Shown here piece by piece: positions 1 through 9,787 of a DNA stretch of 57,868 nucleotides; the first letter of the stretch is position 1, and every line of letters begins with the position of its first letter. The position numbers and the translations under genes are program-made. The notes under the pieces are model-generated. The model had not been told where the DNA came from, did not search any database, and saw only the letters and a program-made list of their open reading frames with translations. Location: contig PEAJ01000001.1 in the NCBI GenBank assembly GCA_002753495.1, positions 1 through 57,868 on the forward strand, written 5' to 3'. The DNA comes from Magnetococcales bacterium HA3dbin3 (lineage in GTDB: Bacteria; Pseudomonadota; Magnetococcia; Magnetococcales; DC0425bin3).

Positions 1-348
1 GGTATGCAGGCTTCCTTTCATCACCGACTCCACTTGGCCGGCCCGGGCCATGTTCACAGCCGTTTCGGCGGCATCGTGGCTGTGTGCGACCGAAATCAGT
101 TTGTAGGGAGAGATATCCACGCCAGCCTTTTCGGCGGCCTCGCGGATTTTGCGTTCCGGCCCGATGAGGATGGGGTCGATCAAGCCCTCCTGCGCCGCTT
201 GTACCGGACCCAGGATTGATTCGATATCGCAGGGATGAACAACGGCGGTGGTGATCGGATCGACTGGCGCGCAGGTCTTGATCAGGTGGTCGTAGCGCCA
301 GTAGCTGTCCAGGGATTTGCAGAAATCGGCCTGACCGTTTTGCGTCAT
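1..348 (-). CDS. phosphate acetyl/butyryl-transferase family protein, N-terminal part (gene runs off the left edge)
   Basis: Absent from the ORF track because there is no stop in the window. Reverse complement from ATG (348-346) reads MTQNGQADFCKSLDSYWRYDHLIKTCAPVDPITTAVVHPCDIESILGPVQAAQEGLIDPILIGPERKIREAAEKAGVDISPYKLISVAHSHDAAETAVNMARAGQVESVMKGSLHT. This resembles the N-terminus of PTA/PTB-family enzymes from memory (VHPCD, LIGP, MKGSLHT). Confidence 0.7.
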   Translation of the reverse strand, partial: MTQNGQADFCKSLDSYWRYDHLIKTCAPVDPITTAVVHPCDIESILGPVQAAQEGLIDPILIGPERKIREAAEKAGVDISPYKLISVAHSHDAAETAVNMARAGQVESVMKGSLHT

Positions 349-523
349 GGTTTTCTCCTCATCGTCAGCCACATTGTTTTTATTGTTCCAAACGGCGCCC
401 GTTCTCGTCACGAGGATATTCAACACGAATTGCCTTGCATGTCCAGGGGTGGCAGAATCGGCGAGGAGGCATGTTTGTGTTTGGGAAAGGATTGTTGCCG
501 CTTGTCCACGAGGGGGAGTTGCC

Positions 524-1270
524 ATGCGCGTGCGCGGTGCGTGGGTTGTTGTGCCGTTGCTGCTCTCCTGGGGTGTTGCCGGGGCCGAGACCATCGACGC
601 ACTGCTGCAAGCGTTCTACGGACCAGACGGTTTGCCCGATAAGTCGGCGGCCTATACCGGTGAAATGGCTGACCGCTATCGCGACCGCGCCACGGTTGGG
701 GAGCAGACCCCGCCGGGCATGCGGATGCAAAGTCGTCCCCTGTACCAGGGTGACAAGGAGGCAGTCTACGCCACCACGCTCACCGACGCGGCCACCACCG
801 AGGATTGGTATACGTTCCTGCGCTTCGAGCAGGGAAGGTGGAAACTCGCCGCCGTGCGTCGCCCTCTGTTCGACGGTGCATTCTGGAACATTTTCCGTGA
901 GTTGGAACAGCGGCACAGACGTTCGGACGACGAGGCATGGGCGCTTCAGAACATGCGCCTGACCACGCAAAGCGATGCCGAATTGCGGCGTTATTTCCTG
1001 GACAATCGGGAACTGTTGACCACGATTGCCAGCCGTCTTCTTGCCGGACAGCGTGACGAGGCGGTGCGTTTGACCCGTCAGCTGTTTTTGGCCGCGGCGA
1101 AGCTTAATGCGCGGGCGGGTTGGGTGGAGATTGTCATCGGCGGCATTGGCAGTCGTGGCGTCGGTTTTCTCTTCATTCCACAGGGGTCGCACCCACCCGC
1201 CATGACTCCCGACCGCACCATCCTGGTCGAGCATCTGGAGGGAAGCTGGTACCTGTTTCGCACGCTTTGA
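524..1270 (+). CDS. hypothetical secreted protein (signal peptide)
   Basis: Part of ORF 347..1270. ATG at 524 follows AGGGGGAG (511-518) and gives [25 protein letters not shown], a signal-peptide-like N-terminus. I recognise no family. Confidence 0.6.
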   Translation: MRVRGAWVVVPLLLSWGVAGAETIDALLQAFYGPDGLPDKSAAYTGEMADRYRDRATVGEQTPPGMRMQSRPLYQGDKEAVYATTLTDAATTEDWYTFLRFEQGRWKLAAVRRPLFDGAFWNIFRELEQRHRRSDDEAWALQNMRLTTQSDAELRRYFLDNRELLTTIASRLLAGQRDEAVRLTRQLFLAAAKLNARAGWVEIVIGGIGSRGVGFLFIPQGSHPPAMTPDRTILVEHLEGSWYLFRTL

Positions 1271-1452
1271 TGAAAGGTCTTGACGGGAAGGGTCTCTTCG
1301 AGGACAATGCAACGCTTTTTTTGGGATTGGCGGCGAACGGTTTTCACCAACTGCCGAAACGGTCGGGCCGGTTGCCAAGACGGTCGGGCTTGACGAAGAG
1401 AATCAACTGGGTCACGGTGCCCGGGTCACGAGAGGAAGCTAAAGGAAACGGT

Positions 1453-1722
1453 ATGGCTGTGCGCATCCGATTGCAGCGGAGAGGATCCAAGAAGCGTCCC
1501 TTTTACGCCATCGTCGCCGCGGACCGGCAGATGCCGCGCGACGGTCGCTACCTGGAGAAACTGGGGACCTATGATCCCCGCAAGGAGTCGGAAAAGGCGG
1601 TGTTGAAGGCGGAGCGCGTCGCCCACTGGCTGGGCATGGGGGCGCTTCCTTCCGACCCCGTCGCCAAGATGATCAAGGCAGCCGGCATCGAGCCGGCGCG
1701 CGCGCAACAGGCCGCGCCCTGA
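1453..1722 (+). CDS. rpsP: 30S ribosomal protein S16
   Basis: [42 protein letters not shown] is the canonical S16 N-terminus. AAAGGAAA lies upstream. Sits in the conserved rpsP-rimM-trmD-rplS order. Confidence 0.95.
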   Translation: MAVRIRLQRRGSKKRPFYAIVAADRQMPRDGRYLEKLGTYDPRKESEKAVLKAERVAHWLGMGALPSDPVAKMIKAAGIEPARAQQAAP

Positions 1723-1725
1723 CCC

Positions 1726-2250
1726 ATGACCACCGCCGATGCGCGCTGGCTGACCCTCGGGCGTCTGGTCGGCTCCTTCGGGGTGCACGGGGAGGTCCGG
1801 GTGCGGGCGTTTACGAGCACGCCCGAGCGTCTGCTGGGTTTTCCGGTCTGGCACCTGGAGCTGCCGCGCGCTGACGTCCTGCGTCCGGTTTCCGTGGTCT
1901 CCGGCCGGCGGCGCGGCGCGGACGCGGTCGTGGCGCGTCTGGCCGAGGTTGCCACGCGCGAGGAGGCGCAACTCCTGACCGGAGCGGCGGTGCGGGTCGA
2001 GCGCGCCCTGGCCGACGACCTTCAGGATGACGAGTACTACTGGGCCGACCTGGAAAGGTGTCGCGTGGTGAGCGACGCCGGAGAGGAGCTGGGTCGGGTG
2101 CGCGCCTTGTTTGCCACTGGGGCGAATGATGTCATGGTCCTTGACACTCCAGACGCGAGCGAGCGGCTCCTCCCCTTCACCCGCGAGGTGGTGGTGGCGG
2201 TTAGCTTGCCGGATCGGCTTATCACTGTCCGACTTATGCCGGGGTTGTGA
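1726..2250 (+). CDS. rimM: 16S rRNA processing protein RimM
   Basis: 174 aa. LGRLVGSFGVHGEVRV is the RimM N-terminal motif, and the C-terminus is PRC-barrel-like. Synteny between rpsP and trmD. Confidence 0.9.
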   Translation: MTTADARWLTLGRLVGSFGVHGEVRVRAFTSTPERLLGFPVWHLELPRADVLRPVSVVSGRRRGADAVVARLAEVATREEAQLLTGAAVRVERALADDLQDDEYYWADLERCRVVSDAGEELGRVRALFATGANDVMVLDTPDASERLLPFTREVVVAVSLPDRLITVRLMPGL

Positions 2251-3038
2251 TGGGTGCCATGCTTGATGTTGCCATACTGACCCTGTTTCCGGAGATGTTC
2301 TCCGGGGTCTTCGCCGCATCGATCCTCGGCCGAGCGCGGGGGCGGGGATTGCTTGATGTCAGGTTGGTACAGATTCGCGACTTTGCCGGTGGTCGGCAAC
2401 GACAGGTGGATGATACCCCCTATGGCGGTGGGCCGGGCATGGTTTTGCGTGCGGATGTGCTTGATCGCGCCCTGACCCACGCCCTTGTCGGTGGTCCGGC
2501 GCGCGTGGTCATGCTCACGCCGCAGGGGGCCCCGTTCGATCAGAAGGCCGCCGAGCGCTTGGCGCAGGAGCCGCGGTTGGTCCTGGTGTGTGGCCACTAC
2601 GAGGGAATCGACGAGCGCTTTACCGATGCACGGGTGGATGAGGAGATTTCGCTGGGGGATTTTGTCCTGACCGGTGGTGAGATCGCGGCGATGGCGGTGG
2701 TGGATGCGGTTGCGCGTCTGTTGCCTGGGGTTCTTGGTGATGCTGCCAGCGCTGCGTCGGACTCCTTCTGTCACGGTCTCCTCGATCATCCCCACTACAC
2801 GCGACCCGAGGCATGGGCCGGACGGCCGGTGCCGCCGGTTTTGCGTTCGGGGAATCATGGCGCGGTGGCGGCGTGGCGGCGGCGACAGGCCCTCCTGCGG
2901 ACCATCATCCGCCGGCCTGACCTGTTGGGAGGTGTCCCCTTGAGCAAGGCAGAAGGGAGATTGGTCGCGGCCCTGGCCGCCGATCTGGAGGCCCTGGAAC
3001 AGGGTGGCACGACGGGTGTACCCTCTCCCGCGGTGTGA
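2250..3038 (+). CDS. trmD: tRNA (guanine37-N1)-methyltransferase TrmD
   Basis: ILTLFPEMF, DDTPYGGGPGMVL and LVCGHYEGIDERF motifs. ATG at 2250 overlaps the rimM TGA; a GTG at 2247 is an alternative start. Confidence 0.93.
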   Translation: MGAMLDVAILTLFPEMFSGVFAASILGRARGRGLLDVRLVQIRDFAGGRQRQVDDTPYGGGPGMVLRADVLDRALTHALVGGPARVVMLTPQGAPFDQKAAERLAQEPRLVLVCGHYEGIDERFTDARVDEEISLGDFVLTGGEIAAMAVVDAVARLLPGVLGDAASAASDSFCHGLLDHPHYTRPEAWAGRPVPPVLRSGNHGAVAAWRRRQALLRTIIRRPDLLGGVPLSKAEGRLVAALAADLEALEQGGTTGVPSPAV

Positions 3039-3123
3039 GGGCGGGGGAGAGACGTGAATTTGAGGGGAAACGCGAGCGGAAAGCTGGCGAATGACAGGCG
3101 CGTAAGAGACGAGGAAGGGTGCG

Positions 3124-3465
3124 ATGAACGTGTTGCAGGCGTTTGAACAGGCGAGCATCAAGGAGACCCCCGATTTCGGTCCCGGGGATACCTTGCGTGT
3201 CCATGTCAAGGTTGTGGAAGGGAACCGGGAGCGCGTCCAGGTCTACGAGGGGGTGTGTATCGGGCGGCACAACGCCGGGTCCCGTTCCACCTTCACTGTG
3301 CGCAAGGTCTCTTTCGGCGAGGGGGTTGAGCGGGTGTTTCCCCTGCATTCGCCGCGTCTGGAGAAGATCGAGGTGGCGCGCAAGGGTCGGGTGCGGCGTG
3401 CCAAGCTCTACTACCAGCGCGAGCGGACCGGCAAGGCGACCCGCATCAAGGAAAAACGGGACTGA
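3124..3465 (+). CDS. rplS: 50S ribosomal protein L19
   Basis: 113 aa. [29 protein letters not shown]...[19 protein letters not shown] is typical L19. Confidence 0.95.
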   Translation: MNVLQAFEQASIKETPDFGPGDTLRVHVKVVEGNRERVQVYEGVCIGRHNAGSRSTFTVRKVSFGEGVERVFPLHSPRLEKIEVARKGRVRRAKLYYQRERTGKATRIKEKRD

Positions 3466-3491
3466 GTCTGAGTCCGGAACCGCGCCGAGGT

Positions 3492-4193
3492 ATGCGACGT
3501 CACCTCCTTCCCGACTTTTACCTGGAGGAGGCGCTTCGCCGCTCCGGGTTGCGTCTTGTCGCCGGCGTCGATGAGGTGGGTCGGGGTCCTCTGGCTGGAC
3601 CGGTGGTGGCGGCGGCGGTCGTTCTCGACCCGGCCACCGCGCCGGCGGGGATTGACGACTCCAAAAAGCTCTCTGCCGAGCAGCGCACCCTTCTCGCCGG
3701 TCAAATTCGTGCCTGGGCGGTGGGGATCGGGGTCGGGCTGGCGAGCGTCGAGGAGATCGACCAGCTCAATATCCGGCGAGCGGCGTTGCTGGCGATGACG
3801 CGGGCGGTGGCTGGCATGCGGCGCGTGGTGTCAGCTGATGTCGGTGCTGATCCATCCCGGTCGGATGCACCGGTCCCTGATCTCCTCTCTCCCGATTATC
3901 TCCTGGTCGACGGGCGTGATGTACCGCCGGGGGTGACTTGCCCGGCGCGGGCGGTGGTGCGCGGTGATGCGTTGAGCGTTTCGATTGCCGCCGCGTCGAT
4001 TCTGGCCAAGGTCACGCGCGATGCCCTGATGGATGACCTGGCCCGCGACCATCCCGGCTACGGCTGGGAGCGCAACAAGGGCTACCCGACCCGCGAGCAT
4101 CTTCAGGCATTGGAGCGTCTCGGGGTGGCCGCGCCGCATCGGCGAAGCTTTGCCCCGGTACGGCGCGTGTTGGCGGCTGACACGACACAATAG
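3492..4193 (+). CDS. rnhB: ribonuclease HII
   Basis: [23 protein letters not shown] (DEVGRG catalytic motif), DSKKLS and [10 protein letters not shown] motifs. Confidence 0.92.
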   Translation: MRRHLLPDFYLEEALRRSGLRLVAGVDEVGRGPLAGPVVAAAVVLDPATAPAGIDDSKKLSAEQRTLLAGQIRAWAVGIGVGLASVEEIDQLNIRRAALLAMTRAVAGMRRVVSADVGADPSRSDAPVPDLLSPDYLLVDGRDVPPGVTCPARAVVRGDALSVSIAAASILAKVTRDALMDDLARDHPGYGWERNKGYPTREHLQALERLGVAAPHRRSFAPVRRVLAADTTQ

Positions 4194-4281
4194 GGGGAGA
4201 GCACGGCTTCCCCACCCCACCGGCTGGAATTGGTGCATGTGCCGGTTGGGATGTTTCGCCGGACGGCCTGTGCTGGGTGAG

Positions 4282-5748
4282 TCACCCTTCGTGGCGCGCC
4301 TGTCGTGATTTCCCGGCTTTTTTTTGGCTTAGGTATTGGCGATCGGCCTGTACCGTCACCGCCGCAAGCTCCGCGGAAAGACCGAGTGCCTGCACAAGCC
4401 CTGTCTCAACCAGGTCGCAAAGTCGTGGCAGGGCGATCTGGTGTGTCTGGCCGCTGGTGGCATAAATCCAGTCGGAGAGGGCCATGAAGCGCGTGAAGGG
4501 TGAGCCTTCGTGCAACAGGCAAGTGCGCGTGGTCGGAAAGCGCCCCGAGTTGCCGATCAGATCCCAATAGCGGGCGAAGCGCTTGAGTCGGCGCAGGGTC
4601 ATGAAGTCGATTTGCGCGTTGCCAAGCAGCTCGTAGGGTGGTTCGGGATCAAACACCATGCGGAAGGGTTCGACATGCCGTTGCAGCGGTGCTCCACGCA
4701 GACGTTTCAGGATGCCGACCTGGATTTCGTGCGGATCGAGAGCCGCCAGACGATCAAAACCGCGGGCGAAGCTTGCCAGATCCTCCCCTGGCAGGCCGAC
4801 GATCAGATCGGTGTGGAGATGGACGCCGGTTTCGCGACGCAGCCAGGCGAGGTTGGCCGCCGCCTGCGCGATTTTCCGTGGCCGGTCGATGCGCGCGAGC
4901 ACCTCGGGGTTGAGGCTTTGCAGACCGATCTCAAGCTGAATGCTGCCGGGGGGAAATCGCTGGATGCTTGACCGCAAGGCCTCGGGGAAGCGATCCGGGA
5001 CCATCTCGAAGTGCAGAAACAGCCCTGGCACGTGGTGCGCATAAAAAAAATCGAGGATGGCGCAGGCGGGGGTCAGGCGGACAGTGAAGCTGCGATCGAC
5101 AAACTTGAACTGCCGGACCCCGCGTTGCAGCAGCCTCTCCATCTCAGCGAGAAAGGGGGCGAGGGGGAAGGAGCGCACGCCGCGCTCCAGGGCGGAGAGG
5201 CAAAACGCGCACTTGAAGGGACAGCCGCGCGTGGCCTCGACGTAGATCACCCGCTCGTGGATGTCACGGGCATCATAGAGCGGATAGGGTGCAGCCAGAG
5301 CATCGAGAGCTGGCGGCGCGGCCTGGATCAAGCGCGCGGTGGGTCGTCGTTCTCCCGCGAGCAGCCGTTGGCACAGCTCCCGGAATGCCACCTCTCCCTC
5401 GCCGGCGATGACGTAATCCGCCAGCACGGTCACCGGTTGCGTGAACGTTTCGTGACTCACCTCGGGCCCACCGAGCACGAGAATGACCTCTGGCCGCACC
5501 TGTCTCAGAATGGCGAGCAGCTTGCGTGTTGGTTCGGCGTTCCAGATGTAGACGCCGATGCCGACGATTTGTGGTGCCCGCTTAAGGATCGCCTCGGCCA
5601 TTTCCGCCGGGGTTTTTTCCAGGTCGAACTCCAGCACCATCGCGCGATCGGCCAGTGCGCCCAGGTTGGCGAGCAGACAGCGCAAGCCGAACGCCGCATG
5701 TCGATAGCGGGCGTTGAGGGTGGTCAGGACAATGTCCGGCATGGTCAC
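4282..5748 (-). CDS. B12-binding-domain radical SAM protein (DUF4080-type)
   Basis: 488 aa. The N-terminal region is B12-binding-like (IVGIGVYIWN...VLGGPEVSHE). The radical-SAM cluster motif is ATRGCPFKCAFC (CxxxCxxC). The start overlaps the stop of the upstream gene (ATGA). Confidence 0.85.
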   Translation of the reverse strand: MTMPDIVLTTLNARYRHAAFGLRCLLANLGALADRAMVLEFDLEKTPAEMAEAILKRAPQIVGIGVYIWNAEPTRKLLAILRQVRPEVILVLGGPEVSHETFTQPVTVLADYVIAGEGEVAFRELCQRLLAGERRPTARLIQAAPPALDALAAPYPLYDARDIHERVIYVEATRGCPFKCAFCLSALERGVRSFPLAPFLAEMERLLQRGVRQFKFVDRSFTVRLTPACAILDFFYAHHVPGLFLHFEMVPDRFPEALRSSIQRFPPGSIQLEIGLQSLNPEVLARIDRPRKIAQAAANLAWLRRETGVHLHTDLIVGLPGEDLASFARGFDRLAALDPHEIQVGILKRLRGAPLQRHVEPFRMVFDPEPPYELLGNAQIDFMTLRRLKRFARYWDLIGNSGRFPTTRTCLLHEGSPFTRFMALSDWIYATSGQTHQIALPRLCDLVETGLVQALGLSAELAAVTVQADRQYLSQKKAGKSRQARHEG

Positions 5749-7247
5749 CGTGGCGGTGCGGCTTTTTCTCCCGCAACGACCGGGCGGACGGCAGCGGCAG
5801 GGGGCTGATTGGGGTGACCTTGTTCCTCACGCTGGACCGCGGTAACGATCGCCTTGGCGACGGCGGCGTAGCCTTTGGCGTTGTAGTGGGCCGTCTTCAG
5901 ATCGTAGTACGGAAAGAGCGAAAAACGATCGGGATAATTGAGAAACACCTCCTGGTGGATGTCGATCACCGGGAGGTGGAGACCCCTGGCCAAGTCGATC
6001 ACCTCCCGGCGTTTTTTGTACGCGTCGTGATCGCGGGCAATTCCTTTGTAGCGGTCCCACTCCGGCAGGTAGACAAAGTAGAGCTGTCCGCCCCATGCTG
6101 CGACCCGATCTCTGGCAGCGGTCAGAATGCGGGCGAAAAGCGGGTCGACGATGACGCGTTGCTGATACATGCCGTACAGGTAGGTGCGAACCGCTTGCAG
6201 GAAGAGGATTTTTCGTGCAAGCGATGGTTCTGGTGGGGGGGAACCCGATTCATCGGCGATCCGCTGCTCGACATACCTCTCCAACTTTCGATCGACCTCC
6301 GCCTGGCGGTGGGGCAGATCCTGGGAGAAGTTCGGATCCAGATAGTTCATGAGCGTGGGGATGGATTTTTCGACCGGCAGGTCGTGGCTTAAGTCATTGC
6401 CCTCAAAGTAGAGCCAGATGACGCGTTTGGGCTTGTGCGACGCAGCAAACTCCTTGAGCGTTGCCAACTCAAGGAGCGGGCCATCGCCGCCGGAGCCGAG
6501 ATTGAGAACGCTCTCCCCGGTAGCCACGCGCATCTGTCCGGCGATATCTTCCCCTGGATCGACACAAAACCCGTGGGTGAATGAATCCCCGGTCAGCAAC
6601 CAGTCGGTTTCGGGTGCCTCCCACGCCGTGTCTGGGTTGTTGAAACCATGGCGATCGCTCCGGTAGTGCCGATGCTTGCCGCCTTCGTCACAGAAAATGG
6701 TTGTTTGGCCGGATATGCCGCCCAGCGGGTAGAGGGTACCGTCTCCGGAGAGGACCTTGTTCTTGATGAAGTCTGCCGGGCTGACATAGAGTACAACGTC
6801 TTCCCCATGGGCCCGCATCTCCTTGAGTACGGTGCTTGCCTTGCGCTGGTCAAAGGTGAACATTCCATTAAGCTTGGTGACGACCCAAACAGTTCGGATG
6901 TTGATCGTCATCTCGATCAGGTAGATTCCAAACAACAAGCTTGTTGCCAGGACGACGACGTTGAGAATAATCGAATCATTAAGCCTCAGCACAATAAACC
7001 AAAAAATAATAAAAAATATTGAGACGAAATAGTTGATGTGGTAGCCTGCATAAAGTTCGATTGTTTGTTCGCGATAGTAGAATACAACGAGAAATAACGC
7101 AGACACGACCAGATAGAACGACGCCGCTCTTCTGGCGAACCGGGCAAGGGTTGCAAAGCCCTCACCTGGTGTGGGCGCCTGCGGCTGGTTGTGTCCTGGC
7201 GTGGCGGGAGAACTTTGCACACGCGGAGCTGGTGCGTGGAGGGTCAT
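5745..7247 (-). CDS. membrane-anchored SGNH/GDSL-like hydrolase or O-acyltransferase-family protein
   Basis: 500 aa. N-terminal TM helices (FYLVVSALFLVVFYY; FVSIFFIIFWFIVL; VVVLATSLLFGIYLI), then LLTGDSFTHGF, a GDS(L)-type block. The functional call is tentative. Confidence 0.5.
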   Translation of the reverse strand: MTLHAPAPRVQSSPATPGHNQPQAPTPGEGFATLARFARRAASFYLVVSALFLVVFYYREQTIELYAGYHINYFVSIFFIIFWFIVLRLNDSIILNVVVLATSLLFGIYLIEMTINIRTVWVVTKLNGMFTFDQRKASTVLKEMRAHGEDVVLYVSPADFIKNKVLSGDGTLYPLGGISGQTTIFCDEGGKHRHYRSDRHGFNNPDTAWEAPETDWLLTGDSFTHGFCVDPGEDIAGQMRVATGESVLNLGSGGDGPLLELATLKEFAASHKPKRVIWLYFEGNDLSHDLPVEKSIPTLMNYLDPNFSQDLPHRQAEVDRKLERYVEQRIADESGSPPPEPSLARKILFLQAVRTYLYGMYQQRVIVDPLFARILTAARDRVAAWGGQLYFVYLPEWDRYKGIARDHDAYKKRREVIDLARGLHLPVIDIHQEVFLNYPDRFSLFPYYDLKTAHYNAKGYAAVAKAIVTAVQREEQGHPNQPPAAAVRPVVAGEKAAPPR

Positions 7248-8623
7248 GTCGCCTGACCAATCAGGCGCGTGGGGATGCGGTCGTTGTCAGGCTTCTGCGC
7301 GGGTTCATCTACGGAAAAAGCGTGCCAGAGAATACTGCGCATCCCCAGAAACAAATAAACGACCAGGACCAGGATGGAAGCAAATACGAAGTAATAGAGA
7401 AGGTTCATCATACCGGAGGCTTCCATGCCCGGTCCAAAGCTGATTGCAAAGAAAACATACCACAAGGTTGAAAGAAACCGTCTGCGTCGCGTGGCGACCA
7501 CAAACTGACGAATCAGGCCGAGGATGATCCCGCCCACCGACATGTAGACCAAAAGGCTGGCCAGACCTGCATCGGCATAGGCCATGCCCGCGAAGGTTGG
7601 GGCATCGTTACCGAAACGGTCGATAAGGTAAAGCTCGTCGACCAGATCTCCTCGGGCATGAAATGGATGTCCGGGTTTGTCTGGCCAGAGAAAACGCGGA
7701 ATCCACCCGGTCAGGGTGTGGATGATAACCTGATCACCGAAATAAAGTGACGGGTTATTGTACATACGATTGACCAGAAAGCAATAGCCGCGATAGGCGC
7801 TGAACGGGCCATAACGTCGACCTGATGTCGCCGCAGCCAGGGTCAATACCTCGTCCGATTCTAGTTTGACTTCGGCGCCGCGGCCGTACTTTAACTGCGT
7901 TTTAATGCCTAGTGACAATACAAGCAGTAGTATGACAAGGATGGCATAACGAACCTTCATGTAGCTTTTCAAGAGGTCTCGATTGAAAAAATAGAGAACG
8001 GTTGCCAAAAGGATGACAATATAATGAATACCACTTTTGCTGAAGGAGAAAATCAGGGTCAAGGTAATGAGTGCGGTGATGGCAAAAAATTGCTTGGCGC
8101 GGCTTTCGCCATGGACAGCCACGAGCAGTCCCAATCCAAGACAGGCGATCTCCAGGCCGGAGTCCATGAAACCGCCCCCTTCTTTGGTCGCCTGATACAT
8201 GTACATGCCGGAAAGATACTCATCCAGGCTCGTAAACCCCCATGAGATCAAGGCATAAATTTTCATGCTGATGCCCATGAAGACGAGGAAATAACTCACA
8301 GAGATGACGGTGCGACGCAGCGATGGGTTGTCGGCAAGGTTGACATTGTACTCCAAACGACGGGCAGAAGGGTCGGTGACAAACAAGCCACCGGCGAAAG
8401 CCAACAATCCCAGGAGCTGAACCAGGTTGGGCAGAAGGCGCAACTCCCGCTCATAGTCGATGTCCATACCGGTCAGTGCAAGGACGTAAAGACCAAGACC
8501 GTCCGATACGAACAGAAGTGTAAGCATGGCCATCCCAAGCCCCTCGGTGGTGAGCAGACCGCGCCACCAAATCAGACCGAGGAGGAATATGAGATTGATC
8601 AGAAAGGTCAAATCCCACAGCAT
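7244..8623 (-). CDS. polytopic membrane protein, O-antigen polymerase (Wzy)-like
   Basis: 459 aa, about 10+ hydrophobic segments, no soluble domain. Lies between a GT9 and an SGNH gene in a glycan locus; 4-nt overlap with the downstream gene. Wzy families are too divergent to confirm by eye. Confidence 0.55.
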   Translation of the reverse strand: MLWDLTFLINLIFLLGLIWWRGLLTTEGLGMAMLTLLFVSDGLGLYVLALTGMDIDYERELRLLPNLVQLLGLLAFAGGLFVTDPSARRLEYNVNLADNPSLRRTVISVSYFLVFMGISMKIYALISWGFTSLDEYLSGMYMYQATKEGGGFMDSGLEIACLGLGLLVAVHGESRAKQFFAITALITLTLIFSFSKSGIHYIVILLATVLYFFNRDLLKSYMKVRYAILVILLLVLSLGIKTQLKYGRGAEVKLESDEVLTLAAATSGRRYGPFSAYRGYCFLVNRMYNNPSLYFGDQVIIHTLTGWIPRFLWPDKPGHPFHARGDLVDELYLIDRFGNDAPTFAGMAYADAGLASLLVYMSVGGIILGLIRQFVVATRRRRFLSTLWYVFFAISFGPGMEASGMMNLLYYFVFASILVLVVYLFLGMRSILWHAFSVDEPAQKPDNDRIPTRLIGQAT

Positions 8624-8632
8624 GGCAGCTGC

Positions 8633-9757
8633 TCACCCGGGGAGAGAAGGGGGTGGCGCACGATCTTGATGCACCTTCTTCGTTGCAAGGAGGTCGAGGA
8701 TCGTGGCCAGAACATGCTCCGCATCCAGGTTGCGCAGGCAAATCGGGTTGGGGCAGGTATAGTAGGCCGGGGTATCGACGCAGGGCATGCAGGGGAGTTC
8801 CTGTTCCAGGCGAATGACCCGGCACGCGGGGTGCCAGGGGCGGGTGGCGTTGGCGTTGGTCGGCCCGATCAGGGTGACCACCGGCACATCCATGGCCGCG
8901 GCGATATGCCCAAGCCCGGTGTCCCCGGCAAGCAACACGTCAAGCCTGCCGATGACGTGGCCGGCAACATTAAGCGGAAGGCCGGACACAATAACGACGC
9001 GTCCTCCGGCATCGGTAAACTGTGACGCCAGTTCCAATTCATCGGCACCGAGAAAGACAACCACCCGCGCCGCGGGCGAGGCCTCGAGAAAGCCGGAAAT
9101 GACACGCTTGAGTCGCCCGAGGGGGAGGCGTTTGTTCTTCTGGTTGCTCGACCCGCCCGGATGCACGCCGAGTACCAACCGGCCTTGGAGATCAGCCTGT
9201 CTCCAGAAGGCATTGCCTTCGGCAACGGCTTCGGGGGGGACAGCGAAGGTGAGGTGACCGCATGCGGCATCGGGAAAAAGCAGACGCAGGATGGCCATGT
9301 TCAATTCGACTCGATGCCGGGAACTATCGCTGAGAACCCAGTGCGTGTAACCCCAGTATTTTTTGGGATGGGAGTCGCCGACGATGATACGAATACGGGA
9401 GAAGAGTCTCAGGAATAACGCAATCTTTGGCGAGAGTCGCGTGCAGACGATGGCGGCGTCAAACTTCTCCCGACGCAAGCGTGCAAACCAACGGACCAAG
9501 TCAAACACCGGCATTTTACCGGGGAGCAAAATTTTGATGTCATCGCACAGCCCGGAGCCGGCGATCACCTGCCCGGCCACCGCGGTTCCCGCCACCATGC
9601 TGATGAAGGCTCGGGGCAGCTCCTGGCGCAGGGCGGCAAGCATTGGCGTGGCCATGATCAGGTCACCGATGCCCCAGGTCTGAAAGACGATCACCCGCTT
9701 CAGTGCCACGCGCTCGCCCCACCATAGAGATATCCCGCCCGACCAGAGGTCATTCAT
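8633..9757 (-). CDS. glycosyltransferase family 9 (heptosyltransferase-like)
   Basis: RVIVFQTWGIGDLIMATPMLAAL near the N-terminus and LLAGDTGLGHIAAAMDVPVVTLIGPT near the C-terminus are typical GT9 blocks. Confidence 0.8.
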   Translation of the reverse strand: MNDLWSGGISLWWGERVALKRVIVFQTWGIGDLIMATPMLAALRQELPRAFISMVAGTAVAGQVIAGSGLCDDIKILLPGKMPVFDLVRWFARLRREKFDAAIVCTRLSPKIALFLRLFSRIRIIVGDSHPKKYWGYTHWVLSDSSRHRVELNMAILRLLFPDAACGHLTFAVPPEAVAEGNAFWRQADLQGRLVLGVHPGGSSNQKNKRLPLGRLKRVISGFLEASPAARVVVFLGADELELASQFTDAGGRVVIVSGLPLNVAGHVIGRLDVLLAGDTGLGHIAAAMDVPVVTLIGPTNANATRPWHPACRVIRLEQELPCMPCVDTPAYYTCPNPICLRNLDAEHVLATILDLLATKKVHQDRAPPPSLPG

Positions 9758-9787
9758 GCGCGGGTGTTCGTCCGCTTCCGGGTTCCC

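Noticed and set aside
347-523. Upstream 59 codons of ORF 347..1270.
   Set aside because: This stretch would start at the divergent pta-like gene's start codon and lacks an RBS. ATG 524 has AGGGGGAG upstream and yields a signal peptide.
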